Shown piece by piece: positions 10,622 through 19,385 of a DNA stretch of 64,000 nt. The stretch is taken from the IMG/VR virus record IMGVR_UViG_3300017757_000001; one strand, written 5' to 3'. This stretch comes from a virus. The notes beneath the pieces are model-generated. The model was given only the letters and a program-made list of their open reading frames with translations. It was not told where the DNA came from and did no database searches. Position numbers and translations under genes: made by a program. Position 1 is the stretch's first letter; the number at the start of each line of letters is the position of its first letter.

Positions 10622-11853
10622 TATTTATCTACAATTGCTGTTTTTGATTTATATCTTTCTATTTTATTTAACATAGTATTAGCTGCTGATTGTAATTGTA
10701 CAGCAGCTGCAGGAACAGCTGGATTTGGAACCCCCGGTGCAGGTGTTCCTATTGGTGTTTGTAATGCTAAACTTGTTGTTATTATTTTTGCTACTAATTT
10801 TTGGAAATCTCTTAAAAATTCTTTTCCTAAAATTACTGGTTCTTTACCATTTTTATCTCCTAACATAATTTTATCAGAGGATATTATTGTTTCTTTAGTA
10901 TCAATATTAATACTATTTATCGAATTTAAATTTATTGATTCTTTTGAACTAAATAAAATAGAATCTGTTTTTGAATTAAATAATAATCTTCCTGAATTTA
11001 AAATTATTTGATTACCATTATATACATTTGTTCCTATAGGTTGAGTACTATATGAATCATAATCTTTACTTGCTACTTCTATAGGTAAATCTTGTGTTGA
11101 AGTTAAATATATACTTGATTTATCTTCATTTATATTTTCTAATATAGGAATCCATGGATCTTGATCTTCTTCAGTTTGTCCATTTCTTATTATAGTAAGA
11201 GGATCACCATTTTCCCCTGAATCAGACCATGGGTTTGGTATATTTGCTTCTTTTACAGTTGAACCAAATCTTATACTTTGACCCCATCTTCCCTCATGAA
11301 ATATATCTCCCTCATAAGGTTGTAAATTTCTAATATCTAAACGTTCTTCAAATGTATCCCCTAAATCTATTTCAGTTCCTCCATCTGTTACTCTTCTAAC
11401 AGCTCCAGCTTCAGTTTGTTGATAATCAGATTGTTGAGCTGCTGGTAATTCTTCACCATTAATTGGATCTGGTATTGCATTGTGGTGGGTACTTCCCCAA
11501 ATATTAATAGGTTGAAAATAATAATAACTTGTAGAACTTACATTTGATTGAACATTAGAACTAGGTAAAGCTATAATATATACTACTTCATTTTCTAATG
11601 GAAAATTTTTGTTACTAGGAAATAATGGTCTTGCAAAGTTATCAGTTGAAAAATTTCCAGGATTAGGCGCTCCTAGTCGTGTATAAAATATACATCCTAT
11701 AGATGCCCACTCACCAAAATCTTTAAAAACTTGTGGTTCAGTTTTATCATCTAAAACACAATATCTTACCCTACCAGCAAATACTCCTTTACCTGAGGAT
11801 TTTTGGTTTGATTTTGAATTTGCTGAACTTAAACCTGTAGCTCTTCTAGCCAT
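10621..11853 (-). CDS. Baseplate hub/central spike protein (gp5-like)
   Basis: ARPLFP...FPLENEVV OB-fold-like segment, QPYEGDIFHEGRWGQSIRFGS, beta-helix-like IILNSGRLLFNSK, EPVILG. Confidence 0.65.
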   Translation of the reverse strand: MARRATGLSSANSKSNQKSSGKGVFAGRVRYCVLDDKTEPQVFKDFGEWASIGCIFYTRLGAPNPGNFSTDNFARPLFPSNKNFPLENEVVYIIALPSSNVQSNVSSTSYYYFQPINIWGSTHHNAIPDPINGEELPAAQQSDYQQTEAGAVRRVTDGGTEIDLGDTFEERLDIRNLQPYEGDIFHEGRWGQSIRFGSTVKEANIPNPWSDSGENGDPLTIIRNGQTEEDQDPWIPILENINEDKSSIYLTSTQDLPIEVASKDYDSYSTQPIGTNVYNGNQIILNSGRLLFNSKTDSILFSSKESINLNSINSINIDTKETIISSDKIMLGDKNGKEPVILGKEFLRDFQKLVAKIITTSLALQTPIGTPAPGVPNPAVPAAAVQLQSAANTMLNKIERYKSKTAIVDK

Positions 11854-12194
11854 TACTCTTCTTTATTATTTTGTAATTTTTCCATTTCTTCAAGAAGTTG
11901 ATTTTTTTCTTCATCACTAATTCCAAACCCACCATCTTCATCTACATTTTGAAGAGCACGTTGAACTATTGTTGCCATTTTAATAAGTTGTTCATCATTT
12001 TTGACACCAATTTCCATATACTCCTTAATAAGAGGTACAATAAGTGTTGCATCTCCTATTTCTTGAACTAATGGTTTTAATTCTGAAATTAAAGTAGTAA
12101 CTTGGTTTTGTTTTGTTTTTTGATTAGTGTAGATTTCTTCAAGTATATCCGAAAATTTTTTCTTACCAAAAACTATTGAATCTAATTGTCCCAT
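11853..12194 (-). CDS. Conserved hypothetical phage protein
   Basis: ORF track; late-promoter motif upstream. Confidence 0.6.
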   Translation of the reverse strand: MGQLDSIVFGKKKFSDILEEIYTNQKTKQNQVTTLISELKPLVQEIGDATLIVPLIKEYMEIGVKNDEQLIKMATIVQRALQNVDEDGGFGISDEEKNQLLEEMEKLQNNKEE

Positions 12195-12233
12195 ATTTTA
12201 TTTATAAATATACATAAATAAAAAGACTAGGAT

Positions 12234-13049
12234 TTACTTTTTAGGAAAATAACCATATTCTAAATAAAACATATATTTTTCTTTAAAAATACCATGTAAT
12301 ACATTAGCTATTTTTGTAATTTTAGGAGTTTTTACATCAACCATTTCACGAATGTAAATATATAATGCTTTTTTATTAAAAACATCTATATTTTGTCTTT
12401 TTCTAAATAATTCTAAGATACAATCTGCTATTTTAGCATCATATTCTTTAGGAAATAATTCAAATATATTATCTGTTACATATTCAACATATTCATCTAT
12501 AAATATTGATAATTTATCTTCATATTTATAACCTTGCATTGCTAAATCATCACCCTCAAATTCCTCAGCTTTAAATTTATTAATTCCTTCTTCCATTTTA
12601 GAAGATCTAATAAAATTAGGATCATCTGAATCTTGGTTTCCATAATTATTAATATCTGTTACTTGAACATTATTAATTTTTTTAGTATAATTTTTTTGAT
12701 TATAAACTATTAACCATCTTTTTACTATGGTACCAAAATAAGAATAAGCTTTAGCTCCATTTTCTGGGTTAAATAGATGAATTTTTGATAAAAGAAATAC
12801 CATAATTTCATGTTGTAAATCTTCTAAATTTTCAACTCCATCTGTATAATAAAATTTAAATGTATGAATTATATTTTGAGTCAATTTATAAAAGGCATAA
12901 TGGACTTCTTTTTGGTATATATCACTACGTTGCTCAGCCTCTAATTTTGGATCAAGGTTATTATATCTAACAATAGCTGCCTCAGTATCTTTTGTAAAAT
13001 AGTTTCTTTTTTGCCTTTTTTTCTTGGCATTTCTAATAACCGAATCCAT
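12234..13049 (-). CDS. Late-transcription sigma factor (T4 gp55-like)
   Basis: NYFT.....AI, KLTQNIIHTFKFY, DLQHEIM.FL, FNPENG.KAYSYFGTIVKR region-2-like motifs of gp55. Confidence 0.7.
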   Translation of the reverse strand: MDSVIRNAKKKRQKRNYFTKDTEAAIVRYNNLDPKLEAEQRSDIYQKEVHYAFYKLTQNIIHTFKFYYTDGVENLEDLQHEIMVFLLSKIHLFNPENGAKAYSYFGTIVKRWLIVYNQKNYTKKINNVQVTDINNYGNQDSDDPNFIRSSKMEEGINKFKAEEFEGDDLAMQGYKYEDKLSIFIDEYVEYVTDNIFELFPKEYDAKIADCILELFRKRQNIDVFNKKALYIYIREMVDVKTPKITKIANVLHGIFKEKYMFYLEYGYFPKK

Positions 13050-13327
13050 TATTTTATATTTTTAATATTAAACTCATTTAATATATCTTGTATGTTTTTA
13101 ATGGTTTTAAAGAAATGTCCTACCTCATCATCCCCCTCAAAAGAACCTTTAATGTCTACTTTTTTAATTTTTTCATTTGAAATTTCTATTATTCTTGATA
13201 TTCTATCTAAATATTGGAGATATCCTACTACAATATCTTCTTGTCTTTCATTTTTTCTTAATAGATTAATAGTCGTAAATCCTAAGACTACGACTATTAT
13301 TGATAGTATTATTATTGTAATTATCAT
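13049..13327 (-). CDS. Small membrane-anchored protein
   Basis: N-terminal TM helix; GSFEGDDEVG.FF motif. Confidence 0.6.
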   Translation of the reverse strand: MIITIIILSIIVVVLGFTTINLLRKNERQEDIVVGYLQYLDRISRIIEISNEKIKKVDIKGSFEGDDEVGHFFKTIKNIQDILNEFNIKNIK

Positions 13328-14115
13328 AAATTATCTAACATATTTTTTAATCCTTGACTTTTAATATTTCCTAAAGCTTTAGATTTTGTTGAAGTACTTT
13401 TATTAGTACTTTTTGAATTTGACCCCAATGTAAAATTCTTTTTACTGGTATCCAAGTTATCTTTAGAAAACTTAGGTAACCATTCTTTTTCAAATTCAAT
13501 TCTAGCTGCCATCATATCAGCTTGATGTAATATAAATGTTAATGATGTTCTTGGTTTTTGTTCAGGCATCCATCCTTTTAAATATTTATCATTTGCTGAA
13601 TCATATAATCCATCATGAGTTTGAATTGCTACCATTTCATTAAAAGTATATTTAATATCATATTGCTGTAATAACCACAATCCTCTATCAGGAACAGATG
13701 CAAAAGGAACTTTATTATTAAACATATAATCTTCTCCTAACTTATCTCTTCTCCATTTATCTGTCTGGGGAATATATGAGTCTTGTTCTTCATCTCCCAT
13801 TTTACCTAAATCATGGTTAATTGCTGAAAATACTAATTCTTCTTTTGTAAATGTAGACATATCACATCCTTCAGATTTCCAAAGATCAGATTGTTTAAGA
13901 GCACAACGAACTACTCTATTAACATGATCAATGTATCCTCCTGGAAATGCATTATGATACTCTTTTTTATGAGCAGCAGGCATTAATATAAGACGATCTT
14001 CAAATTTTTTATAAAATGTAAGTAATTTTTCTTTTCTATCCCCTGAGATGTGTTCTTCAATGTTAGTTAAGAACATTTCCCAATTTGCTTGGATTATATC
14101 TGCGGTTAATTTCAT
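13324..14115 (-). CDS. HD-domain phosphohydrolase (YhaM-like)
   Basis: HNAFPGGYIDH, INHDLGKMG, HDG, LHQADMMAA. Confidence 0.8.
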   Translation of the reverse strand: MKLTADIIQANWEMFLTNIEEHISGDRKEKLLTFYKKFEDRLILMPAAHKKEYHNAFPGGYIDHVNRVVRCALKQSDLWKSEGCDMSTFTKEELVFSAINHDLGKMGDEEQDSYIPQTDKWRRDKLGEDYMFNNKVPFASVPDRGLWLLQQYDIKYTFNEMVAIQTHDGLYDSANDKYLKGWMPEQKPRTSLTFILHQADMMAARIEFEKEWLPKFSKDNLDTSKKNFTLGSNSKSTNKSTSTKSKALGNIKSQGLKNMLDNL

Positions 14116-14133
14116 AACTTTTATTTTAAATTT

Positions 14134-14328
14134 TTAAACGTGTCTAAACACTTCATCATCTTTTTCTAACATATTTTTGATGTATGCTAATGTTTCTTCT
14201 GCGTTTTTTATTCCATCCTGGAATTGTTGTGCTGTTCCTTGTCCTTTTGTAAGAAAAGTTAGTTGTTTAAGTTGACCTTCTAATTTTCGAACTTTTTGGT
14301 CAAGTAACTGTTTATTGCGTATTGCCAT
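14134..14328 (-). CDS. Hypothetical protein
   Basis: ORF track; own promoter and purine-rich leader. Confidence 0.55.
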   Translation of the reverse strand: MAIRNKQLLDQKVRKLEGQLKQLTFLTKGQGTAQQFQDGIKNAEETLAYIKNMLEKDDEVFRHV

Positions 14329-14353
14329 TGTGTGTTATTTAATTAATATTAAT

Positions 14354-14428
14354 GTTATTTCCCCTTATCCCCTTATATCTTAATCCCTTATTCCTCATTT
14401 CTCTTTATTTCCTTAACCCTGTATTTCC
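14354..14428 (-). repeat. Array of AAGG/GAGG/GGA purine motifs in a 5' leader
   Basis: Minus strand AGGGTTAAGGAAATAAAGAGAAATGAGGAATAAGGGATTAAGATATAAGGGGATAAGGGGAAATAAC. Confidence 0.6.
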
Positions 14429-14464
14429 AAGATACCAAAGAAAAATGGTGTAACCAAATTAAGT

Positions 14465-14923
14465 TTAAAATTTTTTTGAGATTTCTAGAATTTTATTGAG
14501 TTGAGCACATTTTTCATACTCTTCAGTTTCAATAAAGAATGAAATACCTAATTCTAGAGAGGTTTGAAGATATTCATCAGTATAATATTGTATAGCATCA
14601 ATATGTTCATCGATATTTATATCAATATTTTTTATATATGACCATGCTTTATTGTATGTAATGTGTTCACCAGCTTCTTTCACATCTTGTATGTCAAATT
14701 CACCGTTCATTTTACTAAACATTTGTAGTACTTTCTTATTAAAATTAATATGATTTAATACTAATTTTTTATACATTCCTATAAAGTAAACAGGTGAGTC
14801 TTTTATATCTAATAAAGCAGCATTATCGTATTGTGATACATCACTATCATCATGGTTAGATGGAAAAAGTGGAAATATGTTTTCTATATTTATCATACAT
14901 TTATACATATCCCCAACTTCCAT
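14465..14923 (-). CDS. Hypothetical protein with C-terminal UVR-like motif
   Basis: FIETEEYEKCAQLNKIL. Confidence 0.6.
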   Translation of the reverse strand: MEVGDMYKCMINIENIFPLFPSNHDDSDVSQYDNAALLDIKDSPVYFIGMYKKLVLNHINFNKKVLQMFSKMNGEFDIQDVKEAGEHITYNKAWSYIKNIDINIDEHIDAIQYYTDEYLQTSLELGISFFIETEEYEKCAQLNKILEISKKF

Positions 14924-14936
14924 ATTTTAACCTTTT

Positions 14937-15128
14937 TTAATGTTTTTTATCTTTATTGTATTGTTTAATTACTTTTTCATATGCATAAGACCATTTATCT
15001 CTAACTTCTTTATATTTATGTTTGTCTTGACTTCTCATTTTTTTTAATTGAGCATCAAATTCATTTTTTAACCCTTTAGATTCAATAGATTCTGTGATTT
15101 CATAAAAAAGATCTTCATACATTCCCAT
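14937..15128 (-). CDS. Hypothetical protein
   Basis: ORF track. Confidence 0.55.
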   Translation of the reverse strand: MGMYEDLFYEITESIESKGLKNEFDAQLKKMRSQDKHKYKEVRDKWSYAYEKVIKQYNKDKKH

Positions 15129-15505
15129 CAGTAAATATTTTTAGTGGTGCTACTTTGTTCTGCTTTTTTTATTAATTCTAACATAGTTTTAAATTCTGTT
15201 GAATTTCTCCAACTATTTAAATACTTTTTAGTTGATTCTTCAACATTTAAATCACCAGATGTAATTTTATTTGATAAATTAATTTGAGATTCACTTATTT
15301 CTGTTTTTAAATTATAAAGCTTTTTATTATAATTATGTTCAAATTTATCAAACTTTTGATTTACTTTATTGTGATCTAATTTATTGGCATTTTTTAATAA
15401 TTCAACATTATATTCTAAATTATTAATAGTTTTAATATTTTTTCTAATAATATTTCCTAATAGAGCTATTATTAATAATGATGCAGATGATAAGATTATT
15501 CCCAT
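15128..15505 (-). CDS. Membrane-anchored coiled-coil protein
   Basis: N-terminal hydrophobic helix followed by coiled coil. Confidence 0.55.
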   Translation of the reverse strand: MGIILSSASLLIIALLGNIIRKNIKTINNLEYNVELLKNANKLDHNKVNQKFDKFEHNYNKKLYNLKTEISESQINLSNKITSGDLNVEESTKKYLNSWRNSTEFKTMLELIKKAEQSSTTKNIY

Positions 15506-15559
15506 AGTTAGTGTTTTATTTGTAATGTATAAAATAAATATGGGTAATCCAAGTTATGT

Positions 15560-16765
15560 TTATCTTAAAATAGTAAGATGTCCTGATTTTTGGTAAATTT
15601 CTGGGGAGTTAAATTTTCTAGCATAAAAACTGTAAACATAAACTCCATCTACTACATAGGAGGGACCTCCTTGCATACTACCATCCCAATAAGGATATGA
15701 GCCATAATCATCACCATAACCCTCAAAAACTAAACCACCCCATCTATTATAGATCTTAAACTCTACATCAACCCAGCAATTTAAATCAAGGATAATTTGC
15801 CAAATATCATTAAACCCATCATTATTTGGTGTTAATACATTAGGTATAAAAATACTCCAAGGCCAACATTCATCTATTATTAATTCATTACAAGGTAAAT
15901 TAGTATCACAATCTACTTCAATAATTTGAGTAATAGTATCTGTTAAAAAAACATATTCTAAAACTTCAATCTCTAAAGTATCTGCGATATATTCAACGAC
16001 AGTGTCTATTTCATATATATTGACATACTCTATGAGTGTATCGGTTATATACACGTATTCTTGCATTATAATGGTATCTATTTGCGTTTGAATAATAGTA
16101 TCTGGTGGAAGTTCTATATATAAAGTATCTGTAATATATTCTACAATTGTATCAGGTTCACATTCATTATAACAAACTGCTATTCTATTATCATCTATAT
16201 TAATATCAGGGTATGTCTGTGTCTGATTAAAACTATTACCAACAGTCCATCCGTTATCTGGAAAATCATCATAACCTGCAGTTTGAGAAAGATTAATCTG
16301 CCATATTACTACTTCCCAACAATACCCTTCAATAGGAGTAGCTAAAATACACTCCCAACTAAATGGTGGATTTATTTCAATAGTTGCAGTTGTACCAGTT
16401 TCCCAACCACCCCAATTTGTAGAAACTGCAAAACTCCAACCAGGATGGAAGGTTGCTGAAGTACAATCTGTATTTTCTCCTAAATCTTGTCCAGTTATTT
16501 CATCTACATAATGAATGCCAAAAACAAGGCTGGTTATATTTTCATTATTATTTACAGAACTAGATCCATTATCATCACAACTATTACCATCCCACTGTGT
16601 GTACTCATTACAGCCGCAGCTTTCAGCATTAATAAATTCAACTACAAATGAGTGAGTATCATCTGTTGTAGCAGGTGGTGTTTGACTTACAAGTTCTAAG
16701 TTACACGTTTGGGAATATGTAGTGTAAGACATAGTGGTTATTAAAACCAAAAATAATTTTTTCAT
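15560..16765 (-). CDS. Secreted protein with T9SS type B sorting (gliding-motility-associated, CHU_C) C-terminal domain
   Basis: Sec signal MKKLFLVLITTMSYTTYSQ; Cys-rich domain; DT-rich linker; CTD IFIPNVLTPNNDGFNDIW...FKIYNRWGGLVF...WDG...DGVYVY...GHLTILR. Confidence 0.85.
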   Translation of the reverse strand: MKKLFLVLITTMSYTTYSQTCNLELVSQTPPATTDDTHSFVVEFINAESCGCNEYTQWDGNSCDDNGSSSVNNNENITSLVFGIHYVDEITGQDLGENTDCTSATFHPGWSFAVSTNWGGWETGTTATIEINPPFSWECILATPIEGYCWEVVIWQINLSQTAGYDDFPDNGWTVGNSFNQTQTYPDINIDDNRIAVCYNECEPDTIVEYITDTLYIELPPDTIIQTQIDTIIMQEYVYITDTLIEYVNIYEIDTVVEYIADTLEIEVLEYVFLTDTITQIIEVDCDTNLPCNELIIDECWPWSIFIPNVLTPNNDGFNDIWQIILDLNCWVDVEFKIYNRWGGLVFEGYGDDYGSYPYWDGSMQGGPSYVVDGVYVYSFYARKFNSPEIYQKSGHLTILR

Positions 16766-16817
16766 TAAGGGGAAGTAAGGGGGGAGGGAATAACGTTTTA
16801 TCCCTTATACATATGGG

Positions 16818-16894
16818 TAGGCAAGAAGAGACTTGAACTCTCATGTAACCAATTACTCTTTCTACAAGGTATAAGCTTGAGGAGATACATGCCT
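16818..16894 (-). tRNA. Atypical D-armless tRNA-like RNA, anticodon UAU (Ile)
   Basis: Acceptor AGGCATG/CTTGCCT-A; T arm GAGAG-TTCAAGT-CTCTT; anticodon arm CAAG-CTTATAC-CTTG; only 8 nt in place of the D arm; long variable region with a GTAAT/GTTAC hairpin; 6 nt downstream of tRNA-Arg. Confidence 0.6.
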
Positions 16895-16900
16895 ATGTAG

Positions 16901-16974
16901 TGAACCAGACAGGATTCGAACCTGTGACCGTTAGCTTAGAAGGCTAATGCTCTATCCAACTGAGCTACTGGTCC
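16901..16974 (-). tRNA. tRNA-Arg (UCU)
   Basis: GGACCAGTAGCTCAGTTGGATAGAGCA-TTAGC-CTTCTAA-GCTAA...GGTTCGAATCC..CTGGTTCA; canonical cloverleaf, no encoded CCA. Confidence 0.95.
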
Positions 16975-16994
16975 ATGTATTTATTTATGAAGGG

Positions 16995-17080
16995 TACTCG
17001 GGGTGGGACTCGAACCCACACTCGCTATTCAGCAAATCAGATTTTAAGTCTGACGTGTCTACCAATTCCACCACCCGAGC
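16995..17080 (-). tRNA. tRNA-Leu (UAA)
   Basis: GCTCGGGTGGTGGAATTGGTAGACACG-TCAGA-CTTAAAA-TCTGA, long variable arm, GGTTCGAGTCC; no encoded CCA. Confidence 0.95.
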
Positions 17081-17090
17081 ATTCGAGGAT

Positions 17091-17279
17091 TTACTTATTT
17101 AATTTTTCTACTTTTTCTTGTAGTTCTTCTATAGCTTTGTCAATTTTGGGTATTTCAACAGTAACATCTACAGAATGGGGGTTAGCAGGGTGAAAACTCC
17201 AATATTCATCTCTTATTTTTGATAATTGGATAATTTCATTAATTAATTCTACTTTTGGATCTTTTTTTGTATTTGACAT
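17091..17279 (-). CDS. Hypothetical protein
   Basis: ORF track; AAAGTT-ATG start context. Confidence 0.55.
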   Translation of the reverse strand: MSNTKKDPKVELINEIIQLSKIRDEYWSFHPANPHSVDVTVEIPKIDKAIEELQEKVEKLNK

Positions 17280-17288
17280 AACTTTATT

Positions 17289-17486
17289 TTAACAATCCCA
17301 ATCTTCTGCTGCTATTTGTAGTGCAAGCAGAGGAGAGGAATTTGGATTATTTTTCATTTCTTTTAAAGCTGTATATACTACTTCAAGTGTAAGCCCAAAT
17401 TTTCCAACTCTTTCTAAAATTGAAAGGACTTCTAGCATTTCTTTAGTATTAACTTTTTCTAAAAAATCTTTACGAATTTGATTCAT
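17289..17486 (-). CDS. Hypothetical protein
   Basis: ORF track. Confidence 0.55.
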   Translation of the reverse strand: MNQIRKDFLEKVNTKEMLEVLSILERVGKFGLTLEVVYTALKEMKNNPNSSPLLALQIAAEDWDC

Positions 17487-17745
17487 CTTTTACTTCATTA
17501 GGAGTTGGTATATAAGCTTCTTCACTTTGAGGTGCTAATTCAATTTCTTGTTTAGTTTGAAATATATCACTATATTCAATTCCTTGTGGAAACGCTGTAG
17601 CAATTATTTCTCCTCCAAGTTTCATATATTGTTTAATGATATGGTTATTACATTTTTGCCTATGTTTATATTCTTCATAGGTTTCATTTTCATTTCTAGA
17701 TGGACTTAAATCCAAATTTCTAAATACACTTTCTCTTTCTGTCAT
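17470..17745 (-). CDS. Hypothetical protein
   Basis: ORF track; promoter directly upstream. Confidence 0.55.
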   Translation of the reverse strand: MTERESVFRNLDLSPSRNENETYEEYKHRQKCNNHIIKQYMKLGGEIIATAFPQGIEYSDIFQTKQEIELAPQSEEAYIPTPNEVKDESNS

Positions 17746-17757
17746 AACTTTTTTTGT

Positions 17758-17793
17758 TTATAATATACGAATGATTTTTTACTTATCCTAATT
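17758..17793 (-). promoter_or_regulatory. Bacteroidota-type promoter (short class)
   Basis: TTAGG-N15-TTCGTATATTATA; near-identical copy at 28822-28856. Confidence 0.6.
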
Positions 17794-18524
17794 TATTTAA
17801 TAATAACTTTAATTTTATCTTCAACTATTTCATTTTCTCCCATATCGGTATTAAAAACAGTTTGAATAAATATGTTTATAGTATCTCCAACCATCTCATC
17901 ATCAACAAATATATTTTGAGTTGGTTGATATGTGTTTTTTGAGTATGTACCTAATAGAGTAGTAGCATATGGACACTCCACGCAAAAATATCTAGGTATT
18001 TGATATCCAACAACATTAAACGGTGGATGAAGATCAATCATATCTATTAAAGTAATATCATAATTACCAACAGCTATAGGATTATTAAGAGTATTATCAT
18101 TAAACCACCCTAAATAAGAATACATTGGGGTTTGAAATGTTAAACTATCTAATACAACCCAATAATCAGAATCAAATCTAGCTTCAATTAAAGGAACATT
18201 ATTAATTTCATATTCTTCATTTAACGGAGTTAAATAACCTGATATTTGAAAATAATTTAGATTATCCCACTCAACTTCATAGAAATTATCTATATTAGGT
18301 ACTAGTAATTGATTTTTATAAATAACTTCATAAGAAGTTTCACAATCACCCATACATGGAGTTAGATCAATATTTTCTTTAGTACATGATGATAGTAATA
18401 TTAGAATAATCCACATTCCTCTTCCACTTTTTATCATACATTCCATACGAATTTTTTCAATTTTAGCCCAATAGGCATTCCATTTTTTAATTCTTAAAGT
18501 AATTTTTTTAAATAAATTTTTCAT
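17793..18524 (-). CDS. Putative lipoprotein
   Basis: IILILLSS-C-TKEN lipobox; true start may be downstream of the annotated ATG. Confidence 0.6.
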   Translation of the reverse strand: MKNLFKKITLRIKKWNAYWAKIEKIRMECMIKSGRGMWIILILLSSCTKENIDLTPCMGDCETSYEVIYKNQLLVPNIDNFYEVEWDNLNYFQISGYLTPLNEEYEINNVPLIEARFDSDYWVVLDSLTFQTPMYSYLGWFNDNTLNNPIAVGNYDITLIDMIDLHPPFNVVGYQIPRYFCVECPYATTLLGTYSKNTYQPTQNIFVDDEMVGDTINIFIQTVFNTDMGENEIVEDKIKVIIK

Positions 18525-18525
18525 A

Positions 18526-18867
18526 TTATGAAATTTTAATTAGTAAACCTGGTGAAGCATTAATCATACTTTTTGAACCATCTAAAGCCATTATCTTAAT
18601 ATTTTTATTATTAATTTTTTGAATTAAGAATTGAGCATTAGGATCAACTTTTTTATGATTAACCTTAACTGTATCTCCAACTTTAAAATCTTCCCTTGTT
18701 GATTTTGGAGTAGCTTCTCCAACTCTAGCTATCATTTTTGCTCTTAATTCATTAGAATCAAATCTAATTGTACCTAATGAAATTGTAACACCATAATCTT
18801 TTTCTAATTGTGCTACTGCTTTTTCGAAATCACCTCTAAATGTTTGAACTTTTTGTTTATTTAACAT
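18526..18867 (-). CDS. Hypothetical early protein with C-terminal SH3/KOW-like barrel
   Basis: FKVGDTVKV...IQKINNKNIKI. Confidence 0.55.
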   Translation of the reverse strand: MLNKQKVQTFRGDFEKAVAQLEKDYGVTISLGTIRFDSNELRAKMIARVGEATPKSTREDFKVGDTVKVNHKKVDPNAQFLIQKINNKNIKIMALDGSKSMINASPGLLIKIS

Positions 18868-18906
18868 AACCTTTATTTTAATTTTAAATGCTTGGCTTCA
18901 TGCCTC

Positions 18907-18965
18907 ATTTACCCTGTAAATATACGAACGCTTCCTCGCTTCTCCAAATTTTTCCGCGCAAGTCT
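18907..18965 (-). promoter_or_regulatory. Long-class phage promoter AGACTT-N11-TTTGG-N15-TTCGTATATTTAC
   Basis: One of nine aligned copies with fixed spacing; matches Bacteroidota -33 TTTG / -7 TAnnTTTG. Confidence 0.8.
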
Positions 18966-19140
18966 AACGCCTATTTTTAAAGTGAAGTTCTTGTCTTAAA
19001 TATTCTAATTCACGCTTTGCTTCGCCTACTTGACCACTATCAAGATATTCTTGAATTACGGTTATTTTATTATAAATTTCATCAACTTTAACGTAATTTT
19101 CACTTATAATTTCTTTTAATCTTTGTTTAAATTTACTCAT
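18964..19140 (-). CDS. Small hypothetical protein (58 aa, MSKFKQRLKEIISE...)
   Basis: Manual translation; overlaps the bS21 stop; below the ORF-track size cutoff. Confidence 0.55.
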   Translation of the reverse strand: MSKFKQRLKEIISENYVKVDEIYNKITVIQEYLDSGQVGEAKRELEYLRQELHFKNRR

Positions 19141-19321
19141 CGTTTTTTAATTTTTGAATGTATTTAGCTTTATCAATAACATTTCTTCTTTTTGAAGAAG
19201 GCTTTTCGTAAAATTTATTAGATCTAAGTTCTTTCAACAATCCAATTTTTTTTATCTTTTTTTTATAGCGTTTTAAAGCCCTATCAATTTTTTCATTTTT
19301 TCCAAGTTTTATTATAATCAT
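19133..19321 (-). CDS. rpsU: Ribosomal protein bS21
   Basis: MIIIKLGKNEKIDRALKRYKKK...ELR...FYEKPS..RR...KAKYIQ; start moved to the second Met (19321). Confidence 0.9.
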   Translation of the reverse strand: MIIIKLGKNEKIDRALKRYKKKIKKIGLLKELRSNKFYEKPSSKRRNVIDKAKYIQKLKNDE

Positions 19322-19385
19322 AAGCGTCTCTCTAAAAGGTTTTCTCTTCCACATATTAGTATACAGAAATACATATATACTACCA

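Noticed and set aside
16975-17193. Plus-strand 72-aa ORF
   Set aside because: Antisense to tRNA-Leu and a minus-strand CDS
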